This document shows, piece by piece, positions 41,747 through 51,033 of a DNA stretch of 64,000 bases. Position numbers and translations under genes: made by a program. Source of the DNA: Methanobacteriota archaeon (GTDB lineage Archaea; Halobacteriota; Bog-38; Methanoflorentales; Methanoflorentaceae); assembly GCA_963720465.1 (NCBI GenBank), contig OY970393.1, forward strand, positions 832,001 through 896,000. Direction: 5' to 3'. The notes under the pieces were generated by a model, which was not told the origin of the DNA, searched no databases, and saw only the letters and a program-made list of their open reading frames with translations. Numbering within the stretch: position 1 is the stretch's first letter; the number at the start of each line of letters is the position of its first letter.

Positions 41747-42970
41747 TTGGAAGCTTGCGTAAACATAGGAATGGTAGGACACGTCGACCACGGCAAGACG
41801 ACCTTGGTATCCGCCCTTTCAGGCGTGTGGACAGATCAGCACAGCGAAGAAATCAAGCGCGGCATTTCCATCAGACTCGGATATGCCAACGTAACCTTTA
41901 GAAAATGTCCGCAATGTCCCGAGCCCGATGCGTACACAGTCTCGGAAGTGTGCGGCGCGTGCGGCACGAAGGCAGAAACGCTGCGCACGGTGTCGTTCGT
42001 GGATGCGCCTGGACACGAGACGTTGATGGCAACTATGTTGTCGGGTGCGGCGATCATGGACGGCGCAATACTTGTGATCGCGGCGAACGAACCGTGCCCC
42101 CAACCCCAGACCAAAGAACACCTCATGGCGCTCGATATAATTGGCATTAAAAATGTAATCATCGTTCAAAACAAGATTGACCTTGTCTCCCACGACGATC
42201 TGCTCGTGAATTATGAACAGATAAAGGAGTTCGTGAAAGGGACAGTGGCAGAGCACGCTCCAATTGTGCCTATATCGGCCCAGCAAGCGGTGAATATTGA
42301 CTTGCTTATCGAGCTTATTGAGAAGGAGATACCGTGCACGGCGCACGACGCGACTAAGCCCGCGCAAATGTTTATCGCGCGCTCTTTCGACGTCAATAAG
42401 CCCGGAGCCGATATCACGAAGCTGCTCGGCGGTGTCATCGGCGGCACGCTGAATCAGGGAGAGCTCAAGCTTAAGGACGAACTGGAAATACGACCGGGAA
42501 GAAGCGTCGAAGTTGGTGGCAAGACAGAATGGGTTCCCATTACAACGACTGTGTCGAGCATCGTTTCTGAGAAAGAAAAACTGAAGGTTGCGACGCCTGG
42601 TGGGCTGCTCGGCGTGGGAACGAAACTGGACCCCGCCCTAGTAAAGAGCGATTCTCTCGTCGGGCAGATTGCCGGGACGCCGGGAACGCTGCCACCCGTG
42701 TGGAAGGCCTTCACGATGGACGTCAAGCTTCTCGACCGTGTCGTCGGGAGCTCAGATGAACTTAACGTCGATTCGATACACACGAGCGAGCCGCTCATGT
42801 TAAGCGTCGGCACAGCCACAACCGTTGGCGTCGCCACTAGCGCGCGGAATTCGGCCGTCGAAGTAGCCCTCAAGAGGCCCGTCTGCGCGGAAATCGGGTC
42901 TCGAGTCGCCATTTCGAGACGAATCGGCTCGCGATGGCGGCTTATTGGAGCGGGAACGCTCGCCAAATGA
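41747..42970 (+). CDS. eif2g: translation initiation factor 2 gamma subunit
   Basis: [34 protein letters not shown]; TTG start after GGAGGT. Confidence 0.97.
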   Translation: MEACVNIGMVGHVDHGKTTLVSALSGVWTDQHSEEIKRGISIRLGYANVTFRKCPQCPEPDAYTVSEVCGACGTKAETLRTVSFVDAPGHETLMATMLSGAAIMDGAILVIAANEPCPQPQTKEHLMALDIIGIKNVIIVQNKIDLVSHDDLLVNYEQIKEFVKGTVAEHAPIVPISAQQAVNIDLLIELIEKEIPCTAHDATKPAQMFIARSFDVNKPGADITKLLGGVIGGTLNQGELKLKDELEIRPGRSVEVGGKTEWVPITTTVSSIVSEKEKLKVATPGGLLGVGTKLDPALVKSDSLVGQIAGTPGTLPPVWKAFTMDVKLLDRVVGSSDELNVDSIHTSEPLMLSVGTATTVGVATSARNSAVEVALKRPVCAEIGSRVAISRRIGSRWRLIGAGTLAK

Positions 42971-43326
42971 TCGCCATATTAGATACCAATGCGCTTCTGA
43001 TTCCCTGGCATTTCAGGATCGACGTGCTAGAAGAACTGCGCGGGCTGGGATTTGTGCCTGCTACGATCGAACCAGTGCGGCGAGAACTGAGTATTTTGAT
43101 GAAGAAGGGCTCCGCAGGAGCAGGCGTCGCATTGCGCCTTTCAGAGAGATGCCAAGTCATCGAAACCGCGGATGGATCGACCGTCGATGACCAAATCCTT
43201 AACACTGCGCTTAAATACAAAGCAGCGGTTGTAACGAACGACAAGCTTCTGAAGCGAGACCTTCGTGCGCATAGCATCCGTGTCGTGCAGCTAAGAAACA
43301 AGAAGCACTTAGAGGTAGATATGTGA
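42967..43326 (+). CDS. PIN-domain protein (Fcf1/Utp24-like)
   Basis: ILDTNAL, VDD.I, VVTND; conserved position after eif2g. Confidence 0.88.
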   Translation: MIAILDTNALLIPWHFRIDVLEELRGLGFVPATIEPVRRELSILMKKGSAGAGVALRLSERCQVIETADGSTVDDQILNTALKYKAAVVTNDKLLKRDLRAHSIRVVQLRNKKHLEVDM

Positions 43327-43856
43327 TGAACCTGTGGAAAGACATCGAAACAGGACCCCGGCCACCGGAAGAAATATTCGTCGTAGTGGAGATTCCGAAA
43401 GGGAGCCGCAATAAGTACAAGTACAGCAAAGAGTGGAACGCAATTCATCTCGACCGGGTGTTATATTCTCCGTTACACTACCCGGGCGAATATGGCTTCA
43501 TTCCGAGAACCTATTATGATGATGACGATCCGTTCGATGCGATCGTTATAATGGATGAGCCAACCTATCCTGGCTGCATCATCGACGCAAGACCAATCGC
43601 ATTGCTTAAGATGCTCGATTCGGGGGAAGCAGACGACAAGGTGCTTTGCGTGCCGATCAACGATCCGAAGTACGCGGAATATACTGACATTAACGACGTC
43701 CAAAGTCACTTCCTCAAGGAGGTCACACACTTTTTTGAAGTGTACAAACGGCTCGAAGGTAAGGAAACAACGGTACTAGGTTGGGAAGGAGCAGACGCCG
43801 CCAACGAGCGGATACAGTATTCGATGGATCTATTCAAGAGAGTGATAGATGTATAA
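43323..43856 (+). CDS. ppa: family I inorganic pyrophosphatase
   Basis: EIPKGSRNKY, LDRVLY, YGFIP, DDDPFD, DDKVL. Confidence 0.95.
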   Translation: MMNLWKDIETGPRPPEEIFVVVEIPKGSRNKYKYSKEWNAIHLDRVLYSPLHYPGEYGFIPRTYYDDDDPFDAIVIMDEPTYPGCIIDARPIALLKMLDSGEADDKVLCVPINDPKYAEYTDINDVQSHFLKEVTHFFEVYKRLEGKETTVLGWEGADAANERIQYSMDLFKRVIDV

Positions 43857-44439
43857 AAAAGCGAAGCTGATCGACACGGTAAGGCTGCCGCCTGAACGAC
43901 TAGGGGAAGAAACGATAGCGGTCGTAAAAGATCTCTTGCGAGATAAGCTCGAAGGTCGCATAGATAAGACGCTCGGATCCATAATAGCTATAACCGACGT
44001 TTTGGATATCGGCGAAGGGCGCATACTCGCGGGAGACGGAGCGATCTATTACGATGTCACTTTTCATGCGATTACCTTCAAACCAGAGCTCCAGGAGATA
44101 TTGGAAGGCAAAGTCGTGGAAATTGTGGAATTTGGTGCCTTCGTGGGACTAGGGCCGCTCGATGGTTTGCTGCACGTGAGCCAAATAGCTGACGACTATA
44201 TCTCGTTCGACGAAAAAAACTCGAGACTAGTAGGAAAAGAGACCGGAAGGGCCATTACGGAAGGCGATATGCTGCGGGCTCGAGTGGTCGCCGTAAGCTT
44301 GAACGAACGCGAGCCGCGAGAGAGTAAGATTGGCCTCACTATGCGACAAGCAGCTCTAGGCAAGGTCGAATGGCTTGCTGAAGCGCGTGAAAAAGCCAAG
44401 AAAGAGGAGGAGGAGCAAAATGCCGGAACAAGTGTGTAA
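43849..44439 (+). CDS. rpoE1: RNA polymerase subunit E' (Rpo7)
   Basis: VRLPP, GDGA.Y, FGAFV..GPLDGLLHVSQ, KIGLTMRQ..LGK. Confidence 0.96.
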   Translation: MYKKAKLIDTVRLPPERLGEETIAVVKDLLRDKLEGRIDKTLGSIIAITDVLDIGEGRILAGDGAIYYDVTFHAITFKPELQEILEGKVVEIVEFGAFVGLGPLDGLLHVSQIADDYISFDEKNSRLVGKETGRAITEGDMLRARVVAVSLNEREPRESKIGLTMRQAALGKVEWLAEAREKAKKEEEEQNAGTSV

Positions 44440-44605
44440 GACTTGCCATCGATTTGTCGAAGGACTCGTGTGCCCCGTGTGCGGATCGAGCTCACTTGGG
44501 CGAGATTGGAGCGGATACTTGATTATTATCAATCCTAAACGCTCTGAAGTTGCCAAGCGAATGAATATCGACTTGCCCGGAAAGTACGCGCTCAAAGTTC
44601 GATAA
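44420..44605 (+). CDS. spt4: transcription elongation factor Spt4 (RpoE'')
   Basis: CKTC..CPVCGS...DWSG..II.P..SEVA...PGKYALKVR. Confidence 0.93.
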   Translation: MPEQVCKTCHRFVEGLVCPVCGSSSLGRDWSGYLIIINPKRSEVAKRMNIDLPGKYALKVR

Positions 44606-44612
44606 GAAGCTC

Positions 44613-45122
44613 ATGCTGAACGACAAGCTCAAAGCTGAGCTCCAGAAACCGTTCGGTGATCTTTGCTCGCACGCAGATTGTGCAGAAAAGTTAAGAGCTT
44701 ATAAAAAAATAGTCACAGTTGGAGACATAACGACCTACACTGTGATACAAGCCGGTATTGTGCCTGATGTGTGCATCATTGACGGCATCACAATGAGGGC
44801 GAAGGTATCCGACGAGATCTACCACGCGATCAGCACCGAACCCCGCACCGTTTATGAAGTAGATAACCCCCCAGGCTCCATCTCTCAGCAGCTTCAAAAC
44901 GCCGTAAGCGGATCGATGAAGGACCTCGGACGGCCTCTCCGGACGAGAATCGTCGTCAACGGCGAAGAGGATCTGGCGGTAATCCCAGCAGTTATTGAGG
45001 CTCCTTTGGGAACAGCGATCGTTTACGGCCAGCCAAGCGAGGGCATGGTTATCATCGTTACAACGCGAGAGAAAAAAGAGAAAGCGAAACGCCTCTTGCG
45101 CGAGATATTGAAACAACCTTAG
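44613..45122 (+). CDS. GTP-dependent dephospho-CoA kinase (DUF359)
   Basis: VGDITT, NPPGSI, GEEDL, YGQP.EG. Confidence 0.9.
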   Translation: MLNDKLKAELQKPFGDLCSHADCAEKLRAYKKIVTVGDITTYTVIQAGIVPDVCIIDGITMRAKVSDEIYHAISTEPRTVYEVDNPPGSISQQLQNAVSGSMKDLGRPLRTRIVVNGEEDLAVIPAVIEAPLGTAIVYGQPSEGMVIIVTTREKKEKAKRLLREILKQP

Positions 45123-45146
45123 CGACAAATAAAAGACGGAGCTACC

Positions 45147-45458
45147 ATGCAGATCGAAGTCATCAAAGAAGAGAATAACGAATTACTTAACCGAAAGCAG
45201 CTGCAAATCAAGATTCAACACGATGCGGCTACTCCGGCGCGGATAGAAGTCAGGGATCAGGTTGCTGCCGACTTTAAAATTGAGCCTGAGCGAGTGATAA
45301 TCGACAATATGCGAACCGCTTTTGGCAAAAGGGAGACTACGGCATATGTTAAGATATACGAATCCGCTGAAGCCGCCCAACAAATAGAACAAGAGCACAT
45401 CCTGAAGCGGAACGCGTCGCCAACTCCCGAGCAACCAGAAGGGGGTGAAGAAAGTTAA
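45147..45458 (+). CDS. rps24e: 30S ribosomal protein S24e
   Basis: N.LLNRK, ATP.R, T.FG...T..YVKIY. Confidence 0.93.
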   Translation: MQIEVIKEENNELLNRKQLQIKIQHDAATPARIEVRDQVAADFKIEPERVIIDNMRTAFGKRETTAYVKIYESAEAAQQIEQEHILKRNASPTPEQPEGGEES

Positions 45459-45603
45459 GGCAAGCGAGTTGTATGACGTAAGCGAGGGCAAGGCGCAGAG
45501 GAAGCGCCAGAACTGTCCACGCTGCGGCGAAGGGGTCTTTTTGGCCGAGCACAAAGACAGGCTCTCGTGCGGCAAGTGCGGGTACACGCAGTTTAAAAAG
45601 TAA
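45445..45603 (+). CDS. rps27ae: 30S ribosomal protein S27ae (not in ORF track)
   Basis: Hand translation ...[43 protein letters not shown]. Confidence 0.95.
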   Translation: MKKVKASELYDVSEGKAQRKRQNCPRCGEGVFLAEHKDRLSCGKCGYTQFKK

Positions 45604-45617
45604 CCCCCGGTTTGCGA

Positions 45618-46595
45618 ATGATAGTCTTAGGCATTGAGGGGACCGCTTGGAACCTTAGCGCAAGCGTGGTGGATGATGATAATGTGTTGTGTCAAGCGAG
45701 TTCGGCGTATATTCCTGCCTCAGGCGGAATACATCCAAGAGAAGCGGCACAACACGTTGCGAACAACATTGCCGGCGTCATTCGCCAAGTCCTGGGTTCG
45801 ACAGACCCCCGTTTAATCGATGGAGTCGCTTTTTCGCAAGGCCCTGGCTTGGGACCGTGCTTGCGCATTGTCGGCACAGCTGCCAGGGCGTTATCTCTGC
45901 GACTTAGCGTGCCTTTGGTTGGGGTCAATCACTGCGTCGCACATATCGAAGTGGGGCGATGGAAAACTGATCTCGTGGATCCGATCGTTCTGTACGTGAG
46001 CGGAGCAAACTCGCAGGTGCTGTCGTACCGGCAACAAAGATACCGAATTCTCGGAGAGACCTTAGACATCGGCATAGGGAACTGTCTTGACAAGTTCGCT
46101 CGATCGGCCGGCTTGCCTCATCCAGGCGGCCCAAAGGTGGAGCGACTCGCGCAAGAATCGCGAAACTACTTGCCTATGCCGTACGTGGTGAAGGGAATGG
46201 ACTTCTCATTTTCGGGGATCGTTACCGCGGCTACAGAGGCGTTAAAATCAGCATCGCTTGAGGAAATATGCTATAGCTTTCAAGAGACTGCCTTCTCGAT
46301 GCTCGTCGAAGTAAGCGAGCGAGCGCTATCACAAATGGATAAATCAGATCTGCTTTTGGCAGGTGGCGTCGGCACTAACACGCGACTACAAGAGATGCTA
46401 TCGGTAATGTGCGCTCAGCGCGGTGCGCGATTCTACGCGCCCAAGTCGGAATATTTACAAGACAATGGCGCCATGATCGCATATACGGGCCTGCTCATGT
46501 TGAGACACGGAATCCAAACCGCGATCGCTTCTTCCGGCGCCAACCCGAGCTTCAGGCCAGACGAGGTTGAGGTGCGGTGGATCGAGACACACTAG
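45618..46595 (+). CDS. kae1: KEOPS Kae1 t6A transferase
   Basis: LGIEGTA, GGIHP, GPGLGPCL, VNHCVAHIE, GETLDI, DNGAMIA. Confidence 0.95.
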   Translation: MIVLGIEGTAWNLSASVVDDDNVLCQASSAYIPASGGIHPREAAQHVANNIAGVIRQVLGSTDPRLIDGVAFSQGPGLGPCLRIVGTAARALSLRLSVPLVGVNHCVAHIEVGRWKTDLVDPIVLYVSGANSQVLSYRQQRYRILGETLDIGIGNCLDKFARSAGLPHPGGPKVERLAQESRNYLPMPYVVKGMDFSFSGIVTAATEALKSASLEEICYSFQETAFSMLVEVSERALSQMDKSDLLLAGGVGTNTRLQEMLSVMCAQRGARFYAPKSEYLQDNGAMIAYTGLLMLRHGIQTAIASSGANPSFRPDEVEVRWIETH

Positions 46596-47164
46596 AGGTC
46601 CTTACAGGAGCGGAAGCGGTCGTCGCTCTTCGCGGCCATTCTGTGGTGAAGAAGCGCATTCCGAAGGACTATCGCATAGCTGAGCTTGACACGAAGCTGC
46701 GAAGAGAGCGCACGCGACTTGAGGCGAAGATACAATCTGATGCGCGACGAGCTGGGGTACCGACGCCTATAATAGGGGCAATCGACAGCTTTTCAATCAC
46801 CATGGAGCGCATAGAGGGACCGCCCGTGAGCAGTGCGATGAGCGAGGCGGTCGCTGAAGACATTGGCGTGGTGCTCTGTGCGCTTCACTCGGCAGGTATC
46901 GTCCATGGAGATCCAACGACGCACAACATGATTCTTTCAGCCGGAAAGGTATACCTGATAGATTTTGGCCTCTCCTCCTACGACCGAAGCCTTGAGGCCA
47001 GGGGCGTAGACGTCCACGTCTTTTTCCAAACACTCCAGGCAACCGACGACAGGTTCCCTGCGCTGAAGGACGCATTTCTTGCTGGTTACGCGAGAAACTG
47101 CTCAAATGCCGCGCTGATCCTAGAAAAGGTGAACGAGATCAAAGAGCGAGGTCGCTACTTGTGA
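46577..47164 (+). CDS. bud32: KEOPS Bud32 kinase
   Basis: GAEA, KKRIPK.YR, HGDPTTHN, IDFGL, RGRY. Confidence 0.92.
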   Translation: MDRDTLEVLTGAEAVVALRGHSVVKKRIPKDYRIAELDTKLRRERTRLEAKIQSDARRAGVPTPIIGAIDSFSITMERIEGPPVSSAMSEAVAEDIGVVLCALHSAGIVHGDPTTHNMILSAGKVYLIDFGLSSYDRSLEARGVDVHVFFQTLQATDDRFPALKDAFLAGYARNCSNAALILEKVNEIKERGRYL

Positions 47165-47700
47165 GAGCGTTCAGTTTCATCACGCAAAACCCCGGGAAGG
47201 TGGTGGAGCTGCAAGCCAAGGCTCACGAGTTCGGGCTAGAGATCGTCCAAGTCAACGCATCCTACCCAGAGCTCCAAGCTGATACGCTCGAGGAAGTCGT
47301 CCGACACGGACTCAGTTACTGCAAAGAGAAGTTCCCATCCCCATTTATTATCGAAGATTCCGGTCTGTTCATCGATGACCTCCACGGGTTCCCAGGACCG
47401 TACTCCTCCTATGTGCACAAAACCATAGGGAACACCGGCGTAGTCAAGCTCATCGGAGAGGGGCGACCGGCACGGTTCGAGTCTGCGATCGGAAGCTATT
47501 GCCGTGAATTCAAGCTATTCCACGGACGTGTAGAGGGACGCATAGTGAGTTCACGTGGCCATCGAGGCTTCGGATTCGATCCTATTTTCGAGTATGAAGG
47601 CCGGACATTCGCAGAGATGACGGTTGACGAGAAGAACGCACTATCGCACCGAAGCAAGGCCGCGGAACTGTTCTTGGAATGGGCATCAACAATTATATAA
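47161..47700 (+). CDS. rdgB: non-canonical purine NTP pyrophosphatase (RdgB/HAM1)
   Basis: T.NPGK, EDSGL, GFPGPYS, GFGFDPIF, KN.LSHR. Confidence 0.94.
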   Translation: MRAFSFITQNPGKVVELQAKAHEFGLEIVQVNASYPELQADTLEEVVRHGLSYCKEKFPSPFIIEDSGLFIDDLHGFPGPYSSYVHKTIGNTGVVKLIGEGRPARFESAIGSYCREFKLFHGRVEGRIVSSRGHRGFGFDPIFEYEGRTFAEMTVDEKNALSHRSKAAELFLEWASTII

Positions 47701-47768
47701 GAAGGGATCACAAAGTAGCACACCTCAGGGGCATTCAGACCCGTCTCTGACAAGATAACGGAGCTTAA

Positions 47769-48221
47769 ATGGCGCGAATGTACGCACGAAGGAAAGGAGT
47801 ATCGGGATCTACTAGGCCACTGAAGAGTACGGTTCCCGTTACCATGACATCAGAGGAGGTCCAGAAGCTAATCGTGGAGCTACGGAACACCGGGCTGTCC
47901 TCAAGTCAAGTCGGGATCGTCCTGAGGGACACGTACGGGATACCGAGCGTCAAGTCAGTCACCAAGAAAAGTCTGACCGAAGTGCTTAGTGACCATGGAG
48001 TCGCCCCTGAACTCCCTGAAGACTTGTTCAATCTCATCACCAAAGCCTTGAAGCTCAGAGATCATCTTGAAGAAAACAAAAAAGACCTCCACAACAAACG
48101 CGCTCTTCAACTCACAGAGTCGAAGATTCGAAGGCTAGTCAACTATTACAAGAGCAGGGACGTGCTGCCTGACGAGTGGTCGTACCGACTCGACACCGTC
48201 GAGATGCTGATCTCACGATAG
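47769..48221 (+). CDS. rps15: 30S ribosomal protein S15 (S13e-like)
   Basis: MARMYARRKG.SGS, LRD.YGIP, PEDL, ESKIRRL..YY; TTATATAA promoter upstream. Confidence 0.96.
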   Translation: MARMYARRKGVSGSTRPLKSTVPVTMTSEEVQKLIVELRNTGLSSSQVGIVLRDTYGIPSVKSVTKKSLTEVLSDHGVAPELPEDLFNLITKALKLRDHLEENKKDLHNKRALQLTESKIRRLVNYYKSRDVLPDEWSYRLDTVEMLISR

Positions 48222-48334
48222 CACGCGATTCTTTAGCGGCTCGAAAGGTGCGCGTTTGCTGCGCAGCCTTTTTTTGCAAAGCGAACCCTAGCAGCTGAAA
48301 GTGGACCGAGCTCCTCCTTCTTACTCCGCCACGC

Positions 48335-48547
48335 ATGATTACTGCAATCCTCGTTTACGAACATCCGCAGGCGCTCTCAATTGTCGAAGCTCTTCAGCCT
48401 GATAATACACCCGAGATAAAAATGAAGGCGACGGGAAACAGAGTGGAGATAACAGTGAAAACGAAGAAACTACGAACCCTAGTAGCTTCCTGCGACGATC
48501 TACTTTCGAATCTCCAAATAGCTCAAGAAATGCTTAGCGGCCTCTGA
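48335..48547 (+). CDS. pcc1: KEOPS Pcc1 subunit
   Basis: ALQPDN, LRTLVASCDDLL.NLQIA. Confidence 0.82.
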   Translation: MITAILVYEHPQALSIVEALQPDNTPEIKMKATGNRVEITVKTKKLRTLVASCDDLLSNLQIAQEMLSGL

Positions 48548-48639
48548 GAGTGAGTGACACCTAGAAGCTCTCGGCGCGCGCGTCTACGCCACCATGCGCA
48601 ACGACGAGACTGTGCAAGCCAAGTACGCACCGACCCTGG

Positions 48640-49131
48640 TCAACTGATCTTTTTTAGATAACTGAGCCACCTTTTTTGGGCTTCATTTCTATCGATTGAC
48701 GGGGCTTGAACGGAATTGAGGAGTTTACCTTTCTCCAAGCCTCTCAGTTCAACGGCGGCGCGAATCAGACCTTGCGCTTCCGCGTACAACACAAGCGCTT
48801 CGCGCTCATCGATGTCCTGACTCCGAATTGTCGATTCGATTTGTCGTATTTTTCTCTCGATAGCCCCCCAAAGCCTTTGCACGGCTGCACATTCCTGAGG
48901 AGTGACCTCATTCTTGTGATTTATCAGATGCCACATAACCTCGTGAAGCGCAACAACCTCTCCGTCGAGTTCGATCTCTTCTGGTATTTCCGTGCCGACG
49001 AACGTGAAGATTCGGTTTAGCTTAAACAAGAGCTCTTCTCGCTCTTTCCTTGTGAGAGCACTGGCATCCATTAAGTGAACACCCCACACGGTTACGTTGG
49101 GGTTTTCTTTCGCGCTTTTTTTGGGATCCAT
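48640..49131 (-). CDS. DUF5788-like conserved euryarchaeal protein
   Basis: ER..LL..L.R.F..VG.EIPEEI.L.G, GL.RA, RWL.YLKK. Confidence 0.7.
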   Translation of the reverse strand: MDPKKSAKENPNVTVWGVHLMDASALTRKEREELLFKLNRIFTFVGTEIPEEIELDGEVVALHEVMWHLINHKNEVTPQECAAVQRLWGAIERKIRQIESTIRSQDIDEREALVLYAEAQGLIRAAVELRGLEKGKLLNSVQAPSIDRNEAQKRWLSYLKKIS

Positions 49132-49305
49132 GGCCGTTCTTCCGCTAATGGTTGTTAGTGCGCTTCAACTTTAACCATTGCCCCGCAGGCAAGTATCACT
49201 GTGGCAACCTATAAGAACGCCCGTGAAGGGCGAAAGACCTGGACAAAGATTATGAACCTTGAGCTAGATAAACTCGAAACCTATAGGATCCCGCATTTTT
49301 GACAT

Positions 49306-49959
49306 ATGAATCGAATACCACGCCACGTCGGCATCATCCCTGACGGGAACCGTCGCTGGGCACTCGCTCGCGGTTTGCGGAAAGAGGCAGGCTATGAAGC
49401 TGGCTTGCCCCCTGGATTAGAATTACTCAGGCTGTGCAGTAGCGTCGGCGTCAAGGAAGTCACGAGCTACGGCTTCACCCAAGATAACACGAAAAGAACC
49501 CAAGTGCAGAGAAGGGCCTTCCAAAAAGCGTGCATTGGCGGCGTCGAGATTCTCAAACACGAAGATGCTAACCTGCTTGTCCTCGGAGACACAGACTCTC
49601 CGATGTTCCCAAAAGAGCTCCTCCCCTACACAAAAAGAACTACATTTGGCTCAGGAAAAATAAAGGTCAACTTCTTGGTCAATTACGGCTGGCAGTGGGA
49701 CTTAAGTCCGCTCTTTGCCTACCCCAAAGCCACATTCGAGGGCGAAAACGTCACAAAGATGATACGATCGCATGACATTTCTCGCATGGATTTGATAGTT
49801 CGCTGGGGTGGTAGACGACGACTAAGCGGATTTTTGCCCGTGCAATCGGTATATTCGGATATCTACGTTGTCGATGCATATTGGCCGGATTTCAAGCCAG
49901 AGCACTTCTATGCAGCGCTCGATTGGTATAGCAAGCAGGATGTCACGCTGGGCGGATAA
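49306..49959 (+). CDS. short cis-prenyltransferase (UppS-family) homolog
   Basis: IPRHVGIIPDGNRRWA, YGFT.DN.KR, RWGGRRRLSGFLP.QS.Y, WPDF. Confidence 0.9.
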   Translation: MNRIPRHVGIIPDGNRRWALARGLRKEAGYEAGLPPGLELLRLCSSVGVKEVTSYGFTQDNTKRTQVQRRAFQKACIGGVEILKHEDANLLVLGDTDSPMFPKELLPYTKRTTFGSGKIKVNFLVNYGWQWDLSPLFAYPKATFEGENVTKMIRSHDISRMDLIVRWGGRRRLSGFLPVQSVYSDIYVVDAYWPDFKPEHFYAALDWYSKQDVTLGG

Positions 49960-50170
49960 CTAACCGCTTACAGACTCTCGCTAGCGAACCTAGGCCGAGC
50001 AGGGAGGTTCGACGTATTCACTTTGCGGCAAAATACCTTTCCTTGTACAAACGGCTCACTCAGAGCGACCGCGTTGCACAAATTGTTACAGGTGAACGAA
50101 CCAAACGAATGCGCAGTTTGACTGATACCATAACATAAGAACTAAATACGTAGGGCTTTTTCGGTGGATT

Positions 50171-50308
50171 ATGAAGCGCTACTTCCGCTGTACAGTTTGT
50201 GACGATATACACTACGGGGAAAATGCTCCCGAGATTTGCCCTACCTGCGAAACCATGGGTTCGTATATAGAGGTCACAAAAGATGAGGCTGAGGAGTACT
50301 TCTTATAG
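50171..50308 (+). CDS. small rubredoxin-like protein (45 aa), not in ORF track
   Basis: MKRYFRCTVCDDIHYGGNAPEICPTCETMGSYIEVTKDEAEEYFL*; GGTGG RBS. Confidence 0.8.
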   Translation: MKRYFRCTVCDDIHYGENAPEICPTCETMGSYIEVTKDEAEEYFL

Positions 50309-50403
50309 CCAAAAAAACAGCAGGCTGTTCACAACGTTGCGTACGCTTCTTCTTAGTTCCAAAGCAAGCGCTTTGCTAGGCCGCCAGCGCTGAAGATCCT
50401 CCG

Positions 50404-50415
50404 AAAACAAAAAAA
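50404..50415 (-). terminator. oligo-T terminator after the thermosome C-terminal ORF
   Basis: TTTTTTTGTTTT on the minus strand about 40 nt after the stop. Confidence 0.5.
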
Positions 50416-50455
50416 GGAGGGCCGCAGAGCCAAAAACGTCTGCGGCAGCACGTGT

Positions 50456-51019
50456 TCACACTTGATCAAGCATTTGATCGGACATGCCTTCCATCTCGTC
50501 TTGCGAAGGCCCTTTCTCAAACGTAGCGGCTTGAATCACGTCGTCTATTCGAAGGATCATGTTCGCGGCTTCAGTGGCCGACAAGATGGCTTGCTTCTTC
50601 GTTCTGAGAGGTTCGATCACGTCAGGCCACATATCTGTCGCTTTTCCCGTCGAAATCTGGAGCCCCATCGTTTTATTTCCCGATTCGTGAGCGGTCCTCA
50701 AACCAACAAGCGAGTCCATCGGGTCCAAACCCGAGTTTTCGGCAAGCGTTTTTGGAATAATTTCGATCGCGTCGGCAAAGGCGATGACTGCCAGTTGTTC
50801 CCTCCCGCTGAGCGTTGACGCGTAGTCGCGGAGTTGCATCGCGATCTCAACCTCCGGAGCGCTGCCTCCCGCGACGACTTTTCCATCTTCGATTGATGCT
50901 TGAGCGACTCGAACCGCGTCGTACACAGCTCGGTGAGTTTCTTCGACTTGATGATCGGCTCCCCCGTGAATGACGATACTGACGACGCGAGGGTTTTTAC
51001 AGTCTTTGATTGTTATCAT
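50456..51019 (-). CDS. thermosome (group II chaperonin) C-terminal part
   Basis: CKNP..VSI.IHGG, RAVYDA, AGGSAPE, LAENSGLD, ATEAA.MILRIDDVI; GGAGGT 6 nt before the ATG. Confidence 0.85.
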   Translation of the reverse strand: MITIKDCKNPRVVSIVIHGGADHQVEETHRAVYDAVRVAQASIEDGKVVAGGSAPEVEIAMQLRDYASTLSGREQLAVIAFADAIEIIPKTLAENSGLDPMDSLVGLRTAHESGNKTMGLQISTGKATDMWPDVIEPLRTKKQAILSATEAANMILRIDDVIQAATFEKGPSQDEMEGMSDQMLDQV

Positions 51020-51033
51020 TCCTAGACCTCCGT

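Noticed and set aside
43323-43856. ppa inside the eif2g-rpoE superoperon as a novelty
   Set aside because: This arrangement is known in other Euryarchaeota
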